This document shows positions 20,213 through 30,100 of a stretch of 64,000 bases of DNA, piece after piece. Both the position numbers and the translations under genes were made by a program. The DNA lies in the IMG/VR virus record IMGVR_UViG_3300022921_001386; one strand, 5' to 3'. Positions within the stretch are counted from its first letter, which is position 1, and each line of letters begins with the position of its first letter. This DNA is from a virus. The notes beneath the pieces were generated by a model. It saw only the letters and a list, made by a program, of their open reading frames with translations. It was not told the DNA's origin and did no database searches.

Positions 20213-21075
20213 TGGCTAAAGAAGATTTCGACTTTGATTTTGAGCCTTGGATGGCTGAAGAACTAATCCACAGAAGCGACTGGGAAGAATGGTATGAAGC
20301 TATGCTTGAAATACTTCCACTATGGGATGTAAACACAATACCAAGAGTTGCAGGATTTATTGCACAATGCGGACACGAATCAGGCGGTTTTAGGGTACTA
20401 AGTGAAAACTTAAACTATAGTGCTAAGGCACTCAACACAATCTTTCCAAAATATTTTAAACGTGCAGGAAGAGATGCAAATGAATATCATAGACAACCTG
20501 AAAAAATTGCGAACGTTATTTACGCAAACAGAATGGACAACGGTGATACCGACAGTGGTGATGGCTGGAGATTTAGAGGCGGCGGCATTCTGCAACTTAC
20601 AGGCAGATACAACTATACCGAGTTCGCCGAAGATGTCGAAATGACACCAGAAGAAGCAGTAGACTATGTGCGTACTAAAAAAGGTGCGTTGGATAGTGCT
20701 TGCTGGTTCTGGGATGAAAACAACATCAACAAACACTGCGATGCTATGGACATACTAAAAATGACCAAACGTATCAACGGCGGCACTATTGGACTGGAAG
20801 ATCGTAAAAAGCATTGGGCACACGCATTAGATGTGCTAGGTGGCGATATGGAAATTGAACCGGAAGAAGAAAAAGAGTTAAACACAAATCAAACAATACG
20901 TCAAGGTTCACGTGGTCCATTAGTACAAGAAGTACAAGAAATACTGGGCATTGCACCAGCTGATGGCATCTTTGGACCAGGCACTGCTAGACTTGTCAAA
21001 GAATGGCAATCGGCAAACGGATTAGTTGCCGATGGTATTGTAGGACCAAACACGCTGGGAAAGTTATTAGGGTAG
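20212..21075 (+). CDS. endolysin: GH19 glycoside hydrolase with C-terminal peptidoglycan-binding domain
   Basis: FIAQCGHESGGF, ENLNYS, RGGG.LQLTGR.NY, INGG..GL..R; ADGIFGPGT...ADGIVGPNT. Confidence 0.92.
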   Translation: MAKEDFDFDFEPWMAEELIHRSDWEEWYEAMLEILPLWDVNTIPRVAGFIAQCGHESGGFRVLSENLNYSAKALNTIFPKYFKRAGRDANEYHRQPEKIANVIYANRMDNGDTDSGDGWRFRGGGILQLTGRYNYTEFAEDVEMTPEEAVDYVRTKKGALDSACWFWDENNINKHCDAMDILKMTKRINGGTIGLEDRKKHWAHALDVLGGDMEIEPEEEKELNTNQTIRQGSRGPLVQEVQEILGIAPADGIFGPGTARLVKEWQSANGLVADGIVGPNTLGKLLG

Positions 21076-21086
21076 GTGGTATTGGT

Positions 21087-21575
21087 ATGGGCATGAAACT
21101 TGCAGGAGTAATGTTTTTAGTGATGTGTATTATGGGTGGCATAGGCTACTGGTATTACAATGACACACAGGAACGTATGGCCATACTACAAGAAAACAAT
21201 GCTAAACTTGAAATAGCTGTAGAAACAAACGAAGCAGCATTAGAAAGTTTGCAAACAAGTTATGCAAGTGCCCAAGCAGAAAATACTAGACTGAATGATG
21301 CATATGCAAGTATACGCAGACAGAATCAAGCACTAGCAGACAAACTACAACAGATTGATTTAACAGCAGCAGCAATAGCAAATGCGGAAGGCATTGAACG
21401 TGCTGTAAACAGAGGCACAGAAAATGCAGGCAGATGCTTTGAACTGCTATCAGGGGCACAACTTACAGACAGAGAAAGGAATGCAGAAAATGACATCGCT
21501 TTTAACAAAGAGTGTCCTTGGCTTTACGATGATTATAAGTCTCGCGGCTTGCTCAACGAAACCACAGGTAATTGA
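21087..21575 (+). CDS. putative i-spanin (Rz-like)
   Basis: N-terminal TM helix, long coiled coil, two C-terminal Cys; follows endolysin. Confidence 0.7.
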   Translation: MGMKLAGVMFLVMCIMGGIGYWYYNDTQERMAILQENNAKLEIAVETNEAALESLQTSYASAQAENTRLNDAYASIRRQNQALADKLQQIDLTAAAIANAEGIERAVNRGTENAGRCFELLSGAQLTDRERNAENDIAFNKECPWLYDDYKSRGLLNETTGN

Positions 21576-21879
21576 AGTAAGTGCAAAACCGATTGAAAAA
21601 CCTACACTAACTCTGCCTCCTGTTGACGAACTAAACATGCGCAAACTAGAGTGGATTGTTATCAATGAAGATAATGTTGATGCTGTAATAGCAAGACTTG
21701 CAGCAAGTGGAAAGTCGTTTGCTATATACGGATTAAGTGGTGACGGGTACGGAGACTTGGGATTAAACTTTAGTGACATTAGAGCATTAGTACAACAACA
21801 GCAAGCAATCATAGCAGCATACGAAGGTTATTATGAACAGGCTGAACAAGCAATGGATAATGCTGTTGTAAACGAATAA
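21490..21879 (+). CDS. putative o-spanin (Rz1-like lipoprotein)
   Basis: Signal peptide with lipobox LAAC, Pro-rich segment; overlaps 3' end of i-spanin in another frame; AAAGGA RBS. Confidence 0.7.
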   Translation: MTSLLTKSVLGFTMIISLAACSTKPQVIEVSAKPIEKPTLTLPPVDELNMRKLEWIVINEDNVDAVIARLAASGKSFAIYGLSGDGYGDLGLNFSDIRALVQQQQAIIAAYEGYYEQAEQAMDNAVVNE

Positions 21880-21906
21880 ATACACACATAATAAGAGGGC
21901 TTTTAT

Positions 21907-22218
21907 ATGTGGGAAATGATACAAAACATGGCGGGAGATCGCACATGGATTTATACTAGTATAGCAGGCAGTATTTTGGGCGCCGTAGTACTAGCATATT
22001 TAAGTACAACAAGAATAGGATTATGGGGCTACGCTAAGTTTGACTTAGCTGTAGACTATCTTGTTGAGCGTTGGGGTCTTACATGGCTCGAACAACCAGA
22101 GGATGCATGGAGAAAAAAGTATCCTAAAATCACGGCAAAAATAGATGATCTAGAGAGCAGATTACAAAAATTGGAGGGTAACAATGCCACGAAGAAAACC
22201 GGAAGAACTAAAAAGTAA
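21907..22218 (+). CDS. membrane protein (holin/antiholin candidate)
   Basis: TM helix WIYTSIAGSILGAVVLAYL, basic C-terminus; in lysis cassette. Confidence 0.5.
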   Translation: MWEMIQNMAGDRTWIYTSIAGSILGAVVLAYLSTTRIGLWGYAKFDLAVDYLVERWGLTWLEQPEDAWRKKYPKITAKIDDLESRLQKLEGNNATKKTGRTKK

Positions 22219-22639
22219 GTCAACACCAGCACCTGCGGCAAAAGTAGAACCAGTTAGTTCTGCGCCAGCAAAACCATCAGTTGCTGTAACTCCAGCACCT
22301 GTGGCTGCAACTCCAGTAGTTGCTTCTCAACCATCTGGATTTCATCCTGCAGATATAAACGGCGATGGGCATATTGACGAAGAAGAAAAACGAATGGAAC
22401 TTGAGTTTAGACGCAAGGCATTAGAAGATGCAGATGCAATGCGTGATGCACAACGTAACATGGCATGGTTTGCATTGTTCGGTATGCTACTATACCCATT
22501 TGCTGTTGTACTAGCAGTATTTGCAGGATTAGACGAAGCTGCAAAAACACTAGGATCAATGGCTCCAACATATTTTGTTGCTGTTGCTGGTATTGTTGCT
22601 GCGTTTTTTGGCGCACAAGCATATACTAAGAAAAAATAA
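22184..22639 (+). CDS. membrane protein with EF-hand-like loop and two TM helices (holin candidate)
   Basis: DINGDGHIDEEE loop; two hydrophobic helices; KKK terminus; GGAGG RBS. Confidence 0.55.
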   Translation: MPRRKPEELKSKSTPAPAAKVEPVSSAPAKPSVAVTPAPVAATPVVASQPSGFHPADINGDGHIDEEEKRMELEFRRKALEDADAMRDAQRNMAWFALFGMLLYPFAVVLAVFAGLDEAAKTLGSMAPTYFVAVAGIVAAFFGAQAYTKKK

Positions 22640-22656
22640 TCACTACTAACCAACCT

Positions 22657-22693
22657 TAATAGTCTGTGCGATAAGTATTTGCATGGACTATTA
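22657..22693 (+). promoter_or_regulatory. hairpin sequestering dnaJ start codon, with late-promoter-like ATAAGTA in the loop
   Basis: TAATAGTCTGTGCGA / TTGCATGGACTATTA pair over 15 bp with three G-U pairs. Confidence 0.55.
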
Positions 22694-23489
22694 TAATATA
22701 CTAGGTGTTAATAAACAAGCAACTCAGGATGAAATCAAAAAAGCATACCGCAAGTCTGCTATGGCTAATCATCCTGACCGCAATGGCGGTGATGATACAC
22801 AGTTTAAACGCATTAATGAAGCATACGAAACATTAAAAGATCCTAGCAAAAGACAACAATACGATAATCCTCGGCCACAAGCAGACATTAATATGAATTC
22901 ACAAAATATGAATGACATATTTGGTCAGTTCTTTAGACAAGCACAAAGGCCACGTAAAAATCAAGACGTTACAATAAATGTAAGAATTACCTTAAATGAT
23001 GTAATGACAGGTAAAGATATTGTTGGAAGATACAGACTTGGCACAGGCAGAGAAGAGATTGCAACTATACGATTGCCACCAGGTATTGAAAGCGGAATAA
23101 TAATGCGTTATCAAGGACTAGGTGATGATTCAATTCGTCAACTTCCAAGAGGCGATTTAAACGTACAAATAATCGTAGAAAATCATCCAGATTTTGTAAG
23201 AGATAGGTCGCATATTCGAACAAAGTGTAGTATAAATGTATTAGAACTAATATTAGGTACAAATGTTATAATAACCGATTTGGCAGGAAAAGATGTAAAT
23301 GTAAAAATACCAGCTGGCACAAATCCTGGAACCATAATGAGTATTGCAGGACATGGGTTACCTGATATAAATGGCCGTAGAAACGGTAATATGTATTTAG
23401 AAATAAAAGGAACTACTCCCAAAATAGAAGATTGGGAAACACTAGACACAATAAGGAAAATAAATGATGGAACTACTACTGGCACCTGA
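22683..23489 (+). CDS. dnaJ: DnaJ-class co-chaperone without zinc finger (CbpA-like)
   Basis: DYYNILGV...IKKAYRK...HPDR J-domain; C-terminal GDL.V, IPAGT.PG domain. Confidence 0.9.
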   Translation: MDYYNILGVNKQATQDEIKKAYRKSAMANHPDRNGGDDTQFKRINEAYETLKDPSKRQQYDNPRPQADINMNSQNMNDIFGQFFRQAQRPRKNQDVTINVRITLNDVMTGKDIVGRYRLGTGREEIATIRLPPGIESGIIMRYQGLGDDSIRQLPRGDLNVQIIVENHPDFVRDRSHIRTKCSINVLELILGTNVIITDLAGKDVNVKIPAGTNPGTIMSIAGHGLPDINGRRNGNMYLEIKGTTPKIEDWETLDTIRKINDGTTTGT

Positions 23490-23988
23490 TGGTAGACTAG
23501 AAACAAAACTTGAAAGATTTGATTTTGAACAAATGCATCCTGCGCCTGTTGCAGTAGATATGATTGAACTAATGAACCAACACAGTGGATTAGGATTAAG
23601 TGCAAACCAAGTTGGGTTTCCTATGCAGATCTTTGTAATGAAGGCATTACTAAACAAAAAACACGGAGATCCTGTTATTGTAATGAATCCTATTATCAAA
23701 GGACTGAGTGAAGAAATCGAAGCAGGTGTTGAAGGATGTTTAAGTCATCCAGATTTAATATTAAAAATAAGACGGCCAGTTAGTGTAATGGTCGAATTTG
23801 ATACCTTGACATCTGACCTAAAGGATGTTATACATATAGAAGCAAAGTACGACGATATCGATGCACGAATATTTCTACACGAATATGATCATTTGTATGG
23901 TATTCAGTTTATTGATAGAGTCAGCAAACTAAAACTAGACATGGCAGAAAAAAAGCGTCTAAAAAAAGGAAAAAAAGTTAATGGTTGA
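23464..23988 (+). CDS. def: peptide deformylase
   Basis: [23 protein letters not shown]. Confidence 0.93.
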   Translation: MMELLLAPDGRLETKLERFDFEQMHPAPVAVDMIELMNQHSGLGLSANQVGFPMQIFVMKALLNKKHGDPVIVMNPIIKGLSEEIEAGVEGCLSHPDLILKIRRPVSVMVEFDTLTSDLKDVIHIEAKYDDIDARIFLHEYDHLYGIQFIDRVSKLKLDMAEKKRLKKGKKVNG

Positions 23989-26224
23989 ACCATCAAAAGA
24001 GTTACAGGCAGTGTTTGATAAAGCAGTTAACGATGCTAAGAAACTTCAGCACGAATATATTACATTAGAACATTTACTATTTGCTATGCTCTGCGAAGAA
24101 ACATTCGGAACCTTGATATCAGGTTATGGTGCAGACGCTGAACATATGCGTAAAGAACTAGAAAACTATTTAAAAACACATCTAAATGATATTAAGATTG
24201 AAGAAAAGAAATATAAACCAAAGAAAACTACCACAGTAGAACGTGTTTTAAATCGTGCATTTACACAAGTACTTTTCCAAGGCAGAAACGATATTACTAT
24301 TGCCGATGTGTTTATTAGTATCTTAACTGAAAAGAAAAGTTGGGCATACTTTATTACAAAAAAAGTTGGCATTGACAAAGAAAAGTTTCAGAACTATATT
24401 AGTGCAGAAACAGAAATATATGATAACCAAGACGAAAACGAAAACAAAGGCATTGCTAACAAAGCACTACGAGATTTTACTACAGATCTAAATCAACAAG
24501 TTAGTATGAATAAGATTGATCCAGTGATTGGTAGAGATGAAGAAATTGAACAAGTTGCTCTTGCATTAGGACGCCGTACAAAATCAAATGTTCTTATTGT
24601 TGGTGATCCAGGTGTTGGTAAAACTGCTATTGCAGAAGGTCTTGCTTATCAGATTGTTAACGGAAATGTACCAGAGTTTCTAAAAGAATACCGAGTGTTT
24701 AGTTTAGACATTGGCGCTATGCTTGCTGGATCAAAATATCGCGGCGACTTTGAAGAACGTTTTAAAATGGTGCTTGCAGGGTTAAAAGGCAAAGGCAAAA
24801 CTATTATGTTTATTGACGAAGCACACATGATTAGTGGTGCGGGCGCAGGCGGCAGTGGTGGATCGAATGATTTGGCTAATATGTTAAAACCTGCACTTGC
24901 AAAAGGAAACATCAATGTTGTTGCTTCAACTACTTGGGAAGAATATCGCAAGTTCTTTGAAAAGGATCGGGCTCTTATGCGCCGATTCCAGAGAGTAAGT
25001 GTTGACGAACCGGATAGAGAAACTACACTAAAAATCCTTGAAGGTATTAAAACATACTACGAAGAGTTTCATAGTGTTAATATTCAACAGGAGGCACTTG
25101 AAGCAGCAGTTGATTTAAGTATGAAATATCAAAACGATAAAAAACTTCCTGACAAAGCTATTGATTTGATTGACGTAGCATGTGCAAGATTTAAAGTACG
25201 TGATATTACTGAAGACAAAGTTGTAACCAAAGATAGTGTTCAGTTTGAACTTGCAAAAATGATTAAACTTCCTGAAGAACAAATAAAAGAGCGTGAAAGT
25301 GAAAATCTTGCACACTTGGAAGATAACTTGAAAAAGGTAGTGTACGGACAAGACAAAGCAATCGACGATATTGTTGACAAAATACTTGTAAGTCAAGCAG
25401 GACTTAAAAGTGACAACAAACCAGTAGGATCTTTTGTGTTTATGGGTCCAACAGGTGTAGGTAAAACTGAACTTGCCAAACAACTTAGCAACCAACTCGG
25501 TGTAAAACTTGTACGTTTTGATATGAGTGAATATCAAGAAAAACATAGTATTAGTAAACTAATCGGATCACCTCCAGGATATGTTGGATACGAAGACAAT
25601 GCCGGCGGTTTATTGATTGATAAGATTCAAGAGAATCCTAACTGTGTGTTGCTATTGGACGAGATTGAAAAAGCACATCCAGATGTAAGTAGCGTACTAC
25701 TACAGATTATGGACAATGGCAAGATTACAGGATCTAATGGTAAAGAAGCAGATGCACGTAACTGTACACTGATTCTTACTACCAACTTGGGTGCGCAAGA
25801 GGCAGAAAAGAATACTATTGGATTTAGTGATAGTATGGAAAAAGATTATGACGATGTCGATCTTAAAAAGTTCTTTACTCCAGAGTTTAGAAATAGACTA
25901 GATGGTGTTATTACGTTTGGCAAACTCAGCAAAGAAGTCATGCTGAAGATTGTTGGCAAGTTTCTTGTTGAACTTAAAACACAAGTACAGAAAAAAGATA
26001 TTGCTATTAACATCACAGATGATGCTCTTGATTATCTTGTAGACAAAGGATTTGATCCTAAGATGGGTGCTCGTCCGTTACAACGTGTTATTGACAACGA
26101 AATCAAACGTCCACTTAGTCGTCAAATGTTGTTTGGCGATCTAAAAGCTGGTGGCAGTGTTACTATTGATTATCGAGAGAAAGAGATTAAACTCGATTGT
26201 GAAATAGAATATGAGACTGTATGA
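23981..26224 (+). CDS. clpA: ATP-dependent Clp protease ATPase subunit ClpA
   Basis: Clp N-domain (HEYITLEHLL), two AAA modules (GDPGVGKT; GPTGVGKTE), IGF ClpP-docking loop, GARPL. Confidence 0.92.
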   Translation: MVEPSKELQAVFDKAVNDAKKLQHEYITLEHLLFAMLCEETFGTLISGYGADAEHMRKELENYLKTHLNDIKIEEKKYKPKKTTTVERVLNRAFTQVLFQGRNDITIADVFISILTEKKSWAYFITKKVGIDKEKFQNYISAETEIYDNQDENENKGIANKALRDFTTDLNQQVSMNKIDPVIGRDEEIEQVALALGRRTKSNVLIVGDPGVGKTAIAEGLAYQIVNGNVPEFLKEYRVFSLDIGAMLAGSKYRGDFEERFKMVLAGLKGKGKTIMFIDEAHMISGAGAGGSGGSNDLANMLKPALAKGNINVVASTTWEEYRKFFEKDRALMRRFQRVSVDEPDRETTLKILEGIKTYYEEFHSVNIQQEALEAAVDLSMKYQNDKKLPDKAIDLIDVACARFKVRDITEDKVVTKDSVQFELAKMIKLPEEQIKERESENLAHLEDNLKKVVYGQDKAIDDIVDKILVSQAGLKSDNKPVGSFVFMGPTGVGKTELAKQLSNQLGVKLVRFDMSEYQEKHSISKLIGSPPGYVGYEDNAGGLLIDKIQENPNCVLLLDEIEKAHPDVSSVLLQIMDNGKITGSNGKEADARNCTLILTTNLGAQEAEKNTIGFSDSMEKDYDDVDLKKFFTPEFRNRLDGVITFGKLSKEVMLKIVGKFLVELKTQVQKKDIAINITDDALDYLVDKGFDPKMGARPLQRVIDNEIKRPLSRQMLFGDLKAGGSVTIDYREKEIKLDCEIEYETV

Positions 26225-26903
26225 AACTAAAAAACTACACTATGGCAAATACTTTTATAAACTTGCCATAGTGAACTGTTGTGCAAGATATTTTAGAACA
26301 GAGTTTCAAACAGACGGAAGTTTGAAATATGCTAGACGCAAACTTGATGAAGTTAACAAACATTATGTTCCGGCAACTCATGATCGGAACATTGAAGTAC
26401 CATTAGCAACAAGCTATAACGATATTATTCCTGTTGAGCATTTTTGGGATGCTATTGATATTTACAGACATTTACTCAAACACACTGATTATAAAATAAG
26501 ATGCGAACATAATCAATTAATGATTTACAGTAACAATAGAAAAATGTTAGTAGATTTAGGAAACAAACTTAGACAAAAATACACTGTTTTTTGGGAGCCA
26601 AATCCTGAAACTATACAAGCACTGAGTTCTGAAAAAAATGCTATCATAGTAAACAAACCTCCGCAGTATGAATATAAAGTTACTCTTGGAAATAAAAAAG
26701 GTGTTGCAGCACTTGCCGAGTGGATAGAACGTAATCCAAAACTTGCATCAATGGGTATAAGAGCTAAAGAAGGTTGTAGAAATGAAGATTATGTGTATGG
26801 ATATTATTTTCATGTTAGAGATCTCAAAACGCTGTTGATAATACAAATGATAGCTGGTGATAATATACGCCGCATAGATAAATTTGTTTATATCAAACAA
26901 TAG
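26211..26903 (+). CDS. hypothetical protein
   Basis: 230 aa ORF overlapping clpA end. Confidence 0.65.
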   Translation: MRLYETKKLHYGKYFYKLAIVNCCARYFRTEFQTDGSLKYARRKLDEVNKHYVPATHDRNIEVPLATSYNDIIPVEHFWDAIDIYRHLLKHTDYKIRCEHNQLMIYSNNRKMLVDLGNKLRQKYTVFWEPNPETIQALSSEKNAIIVNKPPQYEYKVTLGNKKGVAALAEWIERNPKLASMGIRAKEGCRNEDYVYGYYFHVRDLKTLLIIQMIAGDNIRRIDKFVYIKQ

Positions 26904-26914
26904 ATAAATACAAT

Positions 26915-27280
26915 ATGGCGAGTTCAAGTGAAATAATTTTATCAAATCAAGTTCATCCAGGAGACAGTACAACTGAAACTGTTACCGGCGACGACTTCAA
27001 AGGGGATGGTTACTACGGACGTAGTGACGGGTTCCATACTGTTCAATATAGTCTCGATGGCTTTATTGGTACATTGGTTATACAAGCAACATTAGCAGTA
27101 GAACCAACTAGTAGTGATTGGTTTACATTAACCGAAACAACACATACTAGTGCAAATGACAGTAGTAACAACGCAGATGGCGGATTTTTATACAACTTCA
27201 CAGGAAATTATGTCTGGGTACGTGCATATATCAGTAACTGGACTGATGGAACAATATCAAATATATTATTAAATCATTAA
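26915..27280 (+). CDS. hypothetical (probable virion) protein
   Basis: ATAAATA immediately upstream; beta-rich, FTGNYVWVRA. Confidence 0.6.
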   Translation: MASSSEIILSNQVHPGDSTTETVTGDDFKGDGYYGRSDGFHTVQYSLDGFIGTLVIQATLAVEPTSSDWFTLTETTHTSANDSSNNADGGFLYNFTGNYVWVRAYISNWTDGTISNILLNH

Positions 27281-27289
27281 GGTAGAGAC

Positions 27290-29968
27290 ATGAAACATTT
27301 TATTAGTATAATAATAGACAACGATGGAATAAATGAAAGCAGAGATTTCGTCTTAGACACTGTCTTAAATACAGCTAACATTGGGCTATTAGAAAATACT
27401 ATGGAATATGAAATATACGAAAGTGAAAATAACACACAAGTATTAAGTATTCCTATTGCACGTGAACTAAACGAAAAACAACAAGCATATCTTGCAAAAA
27501 AACTTGCCAATAAACTATTTGACAAAGGTTATAATAACTTTGATATTGAGTTTAGTCTTAGTGAATCAAGCCTTAATGAAGCAGATCCACAAGCTGTAGC
27601 AGCAGTAGCTAGAACAGATGACAGAGGACGCAGTAGAATAGGCACAGATGCCGGTGACGGATTAGTATGGATTGTAGGCAATACTAATGCTCTTGTAAGA
27701 GTTAGTCCAAATGATCCAAGAGTAGCAGCTCAAAGAGCTGCTATATCTCAACCGCAAGCAGCAGCAGCACCAGCAGCAGCAGCACCAGCAGCAGCACCAG
27801 CAGCAGCAGCAGGTAATGGTACTTTACGCAAAGGCAGTAGAGGCCCAGCAGTTAGAAAGCTACAACTAGATTTAGGTGTTCAGCCTGCAGACGGCGTATT
27901 TGGGCCAGCAACTGAAGCAGCCGTTAAAGATTTTCAACAGCGTATGATGCCAGGTGAAGCAGCAGACGGTATTGTAGGACCAAAAACTAATACAGCTATA
28001 CAACAATCGGCAGCAATAGATACAGGTGATAATCCAGAGATTGAAAAGTCTGATCCTCGCTCTCAGTTTGCTGCACTAAGTGGATTTGCTACTAGTAGAA
28101 GAGGCGGCATTGCCAATAATCCATCGCAAGTAGATGCTATCAAAGAACTACAAGCTGAGTTAAAACGTAGAGGATTGCTTGATGGCGAAGTTGACGGCAA
28201 ATATGGTCCTCAAACAAGAGCAGCAGTAAGAGCATTCCAAGAACAAAATGATTTGTATGTAGATGGAGACGCAGGCCCAAGAACTATTCAAAAGTTGATG
28301 CAGCGTGAAGACCCTAACATCACAATGACGCCGTTAGATGAGCCACAAGATCAAGCTGCTGCTGATGGCAGAATAAGTGGAGCAGATCAAATAGACGTTG
28401 ACAATGATCAAGAAGTAGATCAAGATGCAAACTTAGGAACAGGACCTGAACGTATTCAAGGTGCATTACCTCAAAATATAACAGATCAATATAATCAAGC
28501 AACAGCAGATAAAGATTATATTGCAGTGCTAAGACTCGTTGATCAATACCAAGTTCTTTATAATAGATTTGCTGAGATAGAAAACCCAGAAGGCGAAGGG
28601 ACGCTGTATGATTGGCTTACAGCAAAAGCAGCAGATGACAGTTCTGATTTTCCTGGAGCAGAAGAACCAGCAGTTGCTAATCAACAACAAGCACCGGCAG
28701 GAGTTGCTGTAGGTGATGTTGCAACACAAGAACAATCAGATACACTAAAAGCAATAAATCCAACAAACTATCCTATGACCGGCGAAAAACTTAATCAAGC
28801 AGATGTAGATGCACTCAATGATACAGATGACCTTGCCTCAGATACAATAGCTGCATTAGATGCAAACCCAACGCAACAAGGCGAACTTAGTGCAACAGAC
28901 CAAGCACAAACTGGAACAGCAGCAAATGATCAACAACAAGATGCAGCAGGATCAGTAGTAGATTGGGAAGAACTTGATACAAACGCAGCACCTGAAGGTT
29001 ATACACTGTTTATTAAACGACAAGAAACACCTGTATTTACATATGGTTTAGAAGGTGGCGAACCAGTTGACACAGAATACGCTACTCAGCGAGAAGCAAT
29101 AGCAGCAGCAGCAAATGATCAACAGGCAGCAGAGGCTCCAGAACTTGAAATATTTGACAATCAGCCTAGAGGCTATGGCATGGAGCAAGGTAAAGTAATA
29201 GTAAAACGTGGCGAAAGATATTTTGAGGTTGATGTTAGTAGAACAAGAAACTTTAATGGTCAGTCAAGATATCGTGGAAGCTCTTTACCAGGATATGAAT
29301 ATGACGCTGATAATCCACAAGCACCTAGCAGAACAAATGCAGACGCTGTATATTTTGATCCGGCAACCTTTGATGATGTTACAACAGACGGAAACACTGT
29401 AGAACCAAGACCAACTGCCAGCGGCGTACAAGGCGACTATGCTAGAAATGATTGGGATCAAAAATACGGCGGAACACACAACGCAGACGGAACTCGTAAA
29501 GAAGCAAACGAAAGTGTTGAACCAATGCCCAAAGGTGCATTTATGGTTGAGGATCGTGCTATATGGCGTTCGCTGTATGAAAGCACACACTACACAAACG
29601 GCAAGCCTCGTCCACGTACATTTATTACAGAAAGCAAACGTGCTATTCCAGAAATAACATTTGAAGATGATGACAAGTTCTTTGAAAACTACGGTGTTAT
29701 GTGGTTCAATGAAGACGATGTTATAGACGAAGCAGAGTATCAAGGACGTAAAGTTAAACTTGGCAAGCCTATGGCTGGCGATGTTAAAAAGTTTAAAGTA
29801 TATGTTAAGAATCCAAAGGGCAATGTAGTCAAAGTTAACTTTGGACAAAAAGGTGCTAAAATCAAAAAGAACAATCCAGAACGTAGACGCAGTTTCCGTG
29901 CAAGACACAACTGCGATAATCCTGGACCTAGACATAAAGCAAGATATTGGAGTTGCAGAAAATGGTAA
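27290..29968 (+). CDS. modular protein with two peptidoglycan-binding domains and a basic C-terminal domain
   Basis: LRKGSRGPAVRKLQ...ADGVFGPATEAAV; LQAEL...VDGKYGPQTRAAVRAFQ; C-terminal KFKVYVKNPKGNVVKVNFG...ARYWSCRKW. Confidence 0.75.
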   Translation: MKHFISIIIDNDGINESRDFVLDTVLNTANIGLLENTMEYEIYESENNTQVLSIPIARELNEKQQAYLAKKLANKLFDKGYNNFDIEFSLSESSLNEADPQAVAAVARTDDRGRSRIGTDAGDGLVWIVGNTNALVRVSPNDPRVAAQRAAISQPQAAAAPAAAAPAAAPAAAAGNGTLRKGSRGPAVRKLQLDLGVQPADGVFGPATEAAVKDFQQRMMPGEAADGIVGPKTNTAIQQSAAIDTGDNPEIEKSDPRSQFAALSGFATSRRGGIANNPSQVDAIKELQAELKRRGLLDGEVDGKYGPQTRAAVRAFQEQNDLYVDGDAGPRTIQKLMQREDPNITMTPLDEPQDQAAADGRISGADQIDVDNDQEVDQDANLGTGPERIQGALPQNITDQYNQATADKDYIAVLRLVDQYQVLYNRFAEIENPEGEGTLYDWLTAKAADDSSDFPGAEEPAVANQQQAPAGVAVGDVATQEQSDTLKAINPTNYPMTGEKLNQADVDALNDTDDLASDTIAALDANPTQQGELSATDQAQTGTAANDQQQDAAGSVVDWEELDTNAAPEGYTLFIKRQETPVFTYGLEGGEPVDTEYATQREAIAAAANDQQAAEAPELEIFDNQPRGYGMEQGKVIVKRGERYFEVDVSRTRNFNGQSRYRGSSLPGYEYDADNPQAPSRTNADAVYFDPATFDDVTTDGNTVEPRPTASGVQGDYARNDWDQKYGGTHNADGTRKEANESVEPMPKGAFMVEDRAIWRSLYESTHYTNGKPRPRTFITESKRAIPEITFEDDDKFFENYGVMWFNEDDVIDEAEYQGRKVKLGKPMAGDVKKFKVYVKNPKGNVVKVNFGQKGAKIKKNNPERRRSFRARHNCDNPGPRHKARYWSCRKW
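27758..27811 (+). repeat. GCA/CCA tandem repeat encoding an Ala-Pro linker
   Basis: gcagcagcagcaccagcagcagcagcaccagcagcagcacca... Confidence 0.8.
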
Positions 29969-30099
29969 AATCAGAAGCACAGTTAATAAGAGAGTTAGGC
30001 GATCGTCTTTCAAAAATTAATCCGGTCGATGAAAGTGCAGAAGATAATACTCCTGCAAGACCTTTTTATGTAAAAGTAGAAAAATCTAAAGAGAAGTAA
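29962..30099 (+). CDS. small hypothetical protein (45 aa, not in ORF track)
   Basis: GGAG upstream; MVKSEAQLIRELGDRLSKINPVDESAEDN...; fills the gap exactly. Confidence 0.5.
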   Translation: MVKSEAQLIRELGDRLSKINPVDESAEDNTPARPFYVKVEKSKEK

Positions 30100-30100
30100 T

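Noticed and set aside
23806-23834. TTGACA inside def as an internal clpA promoter
   Set aside because: The -10 at 17 bp (TATACA) lacks the conserved final T; too weak to call.
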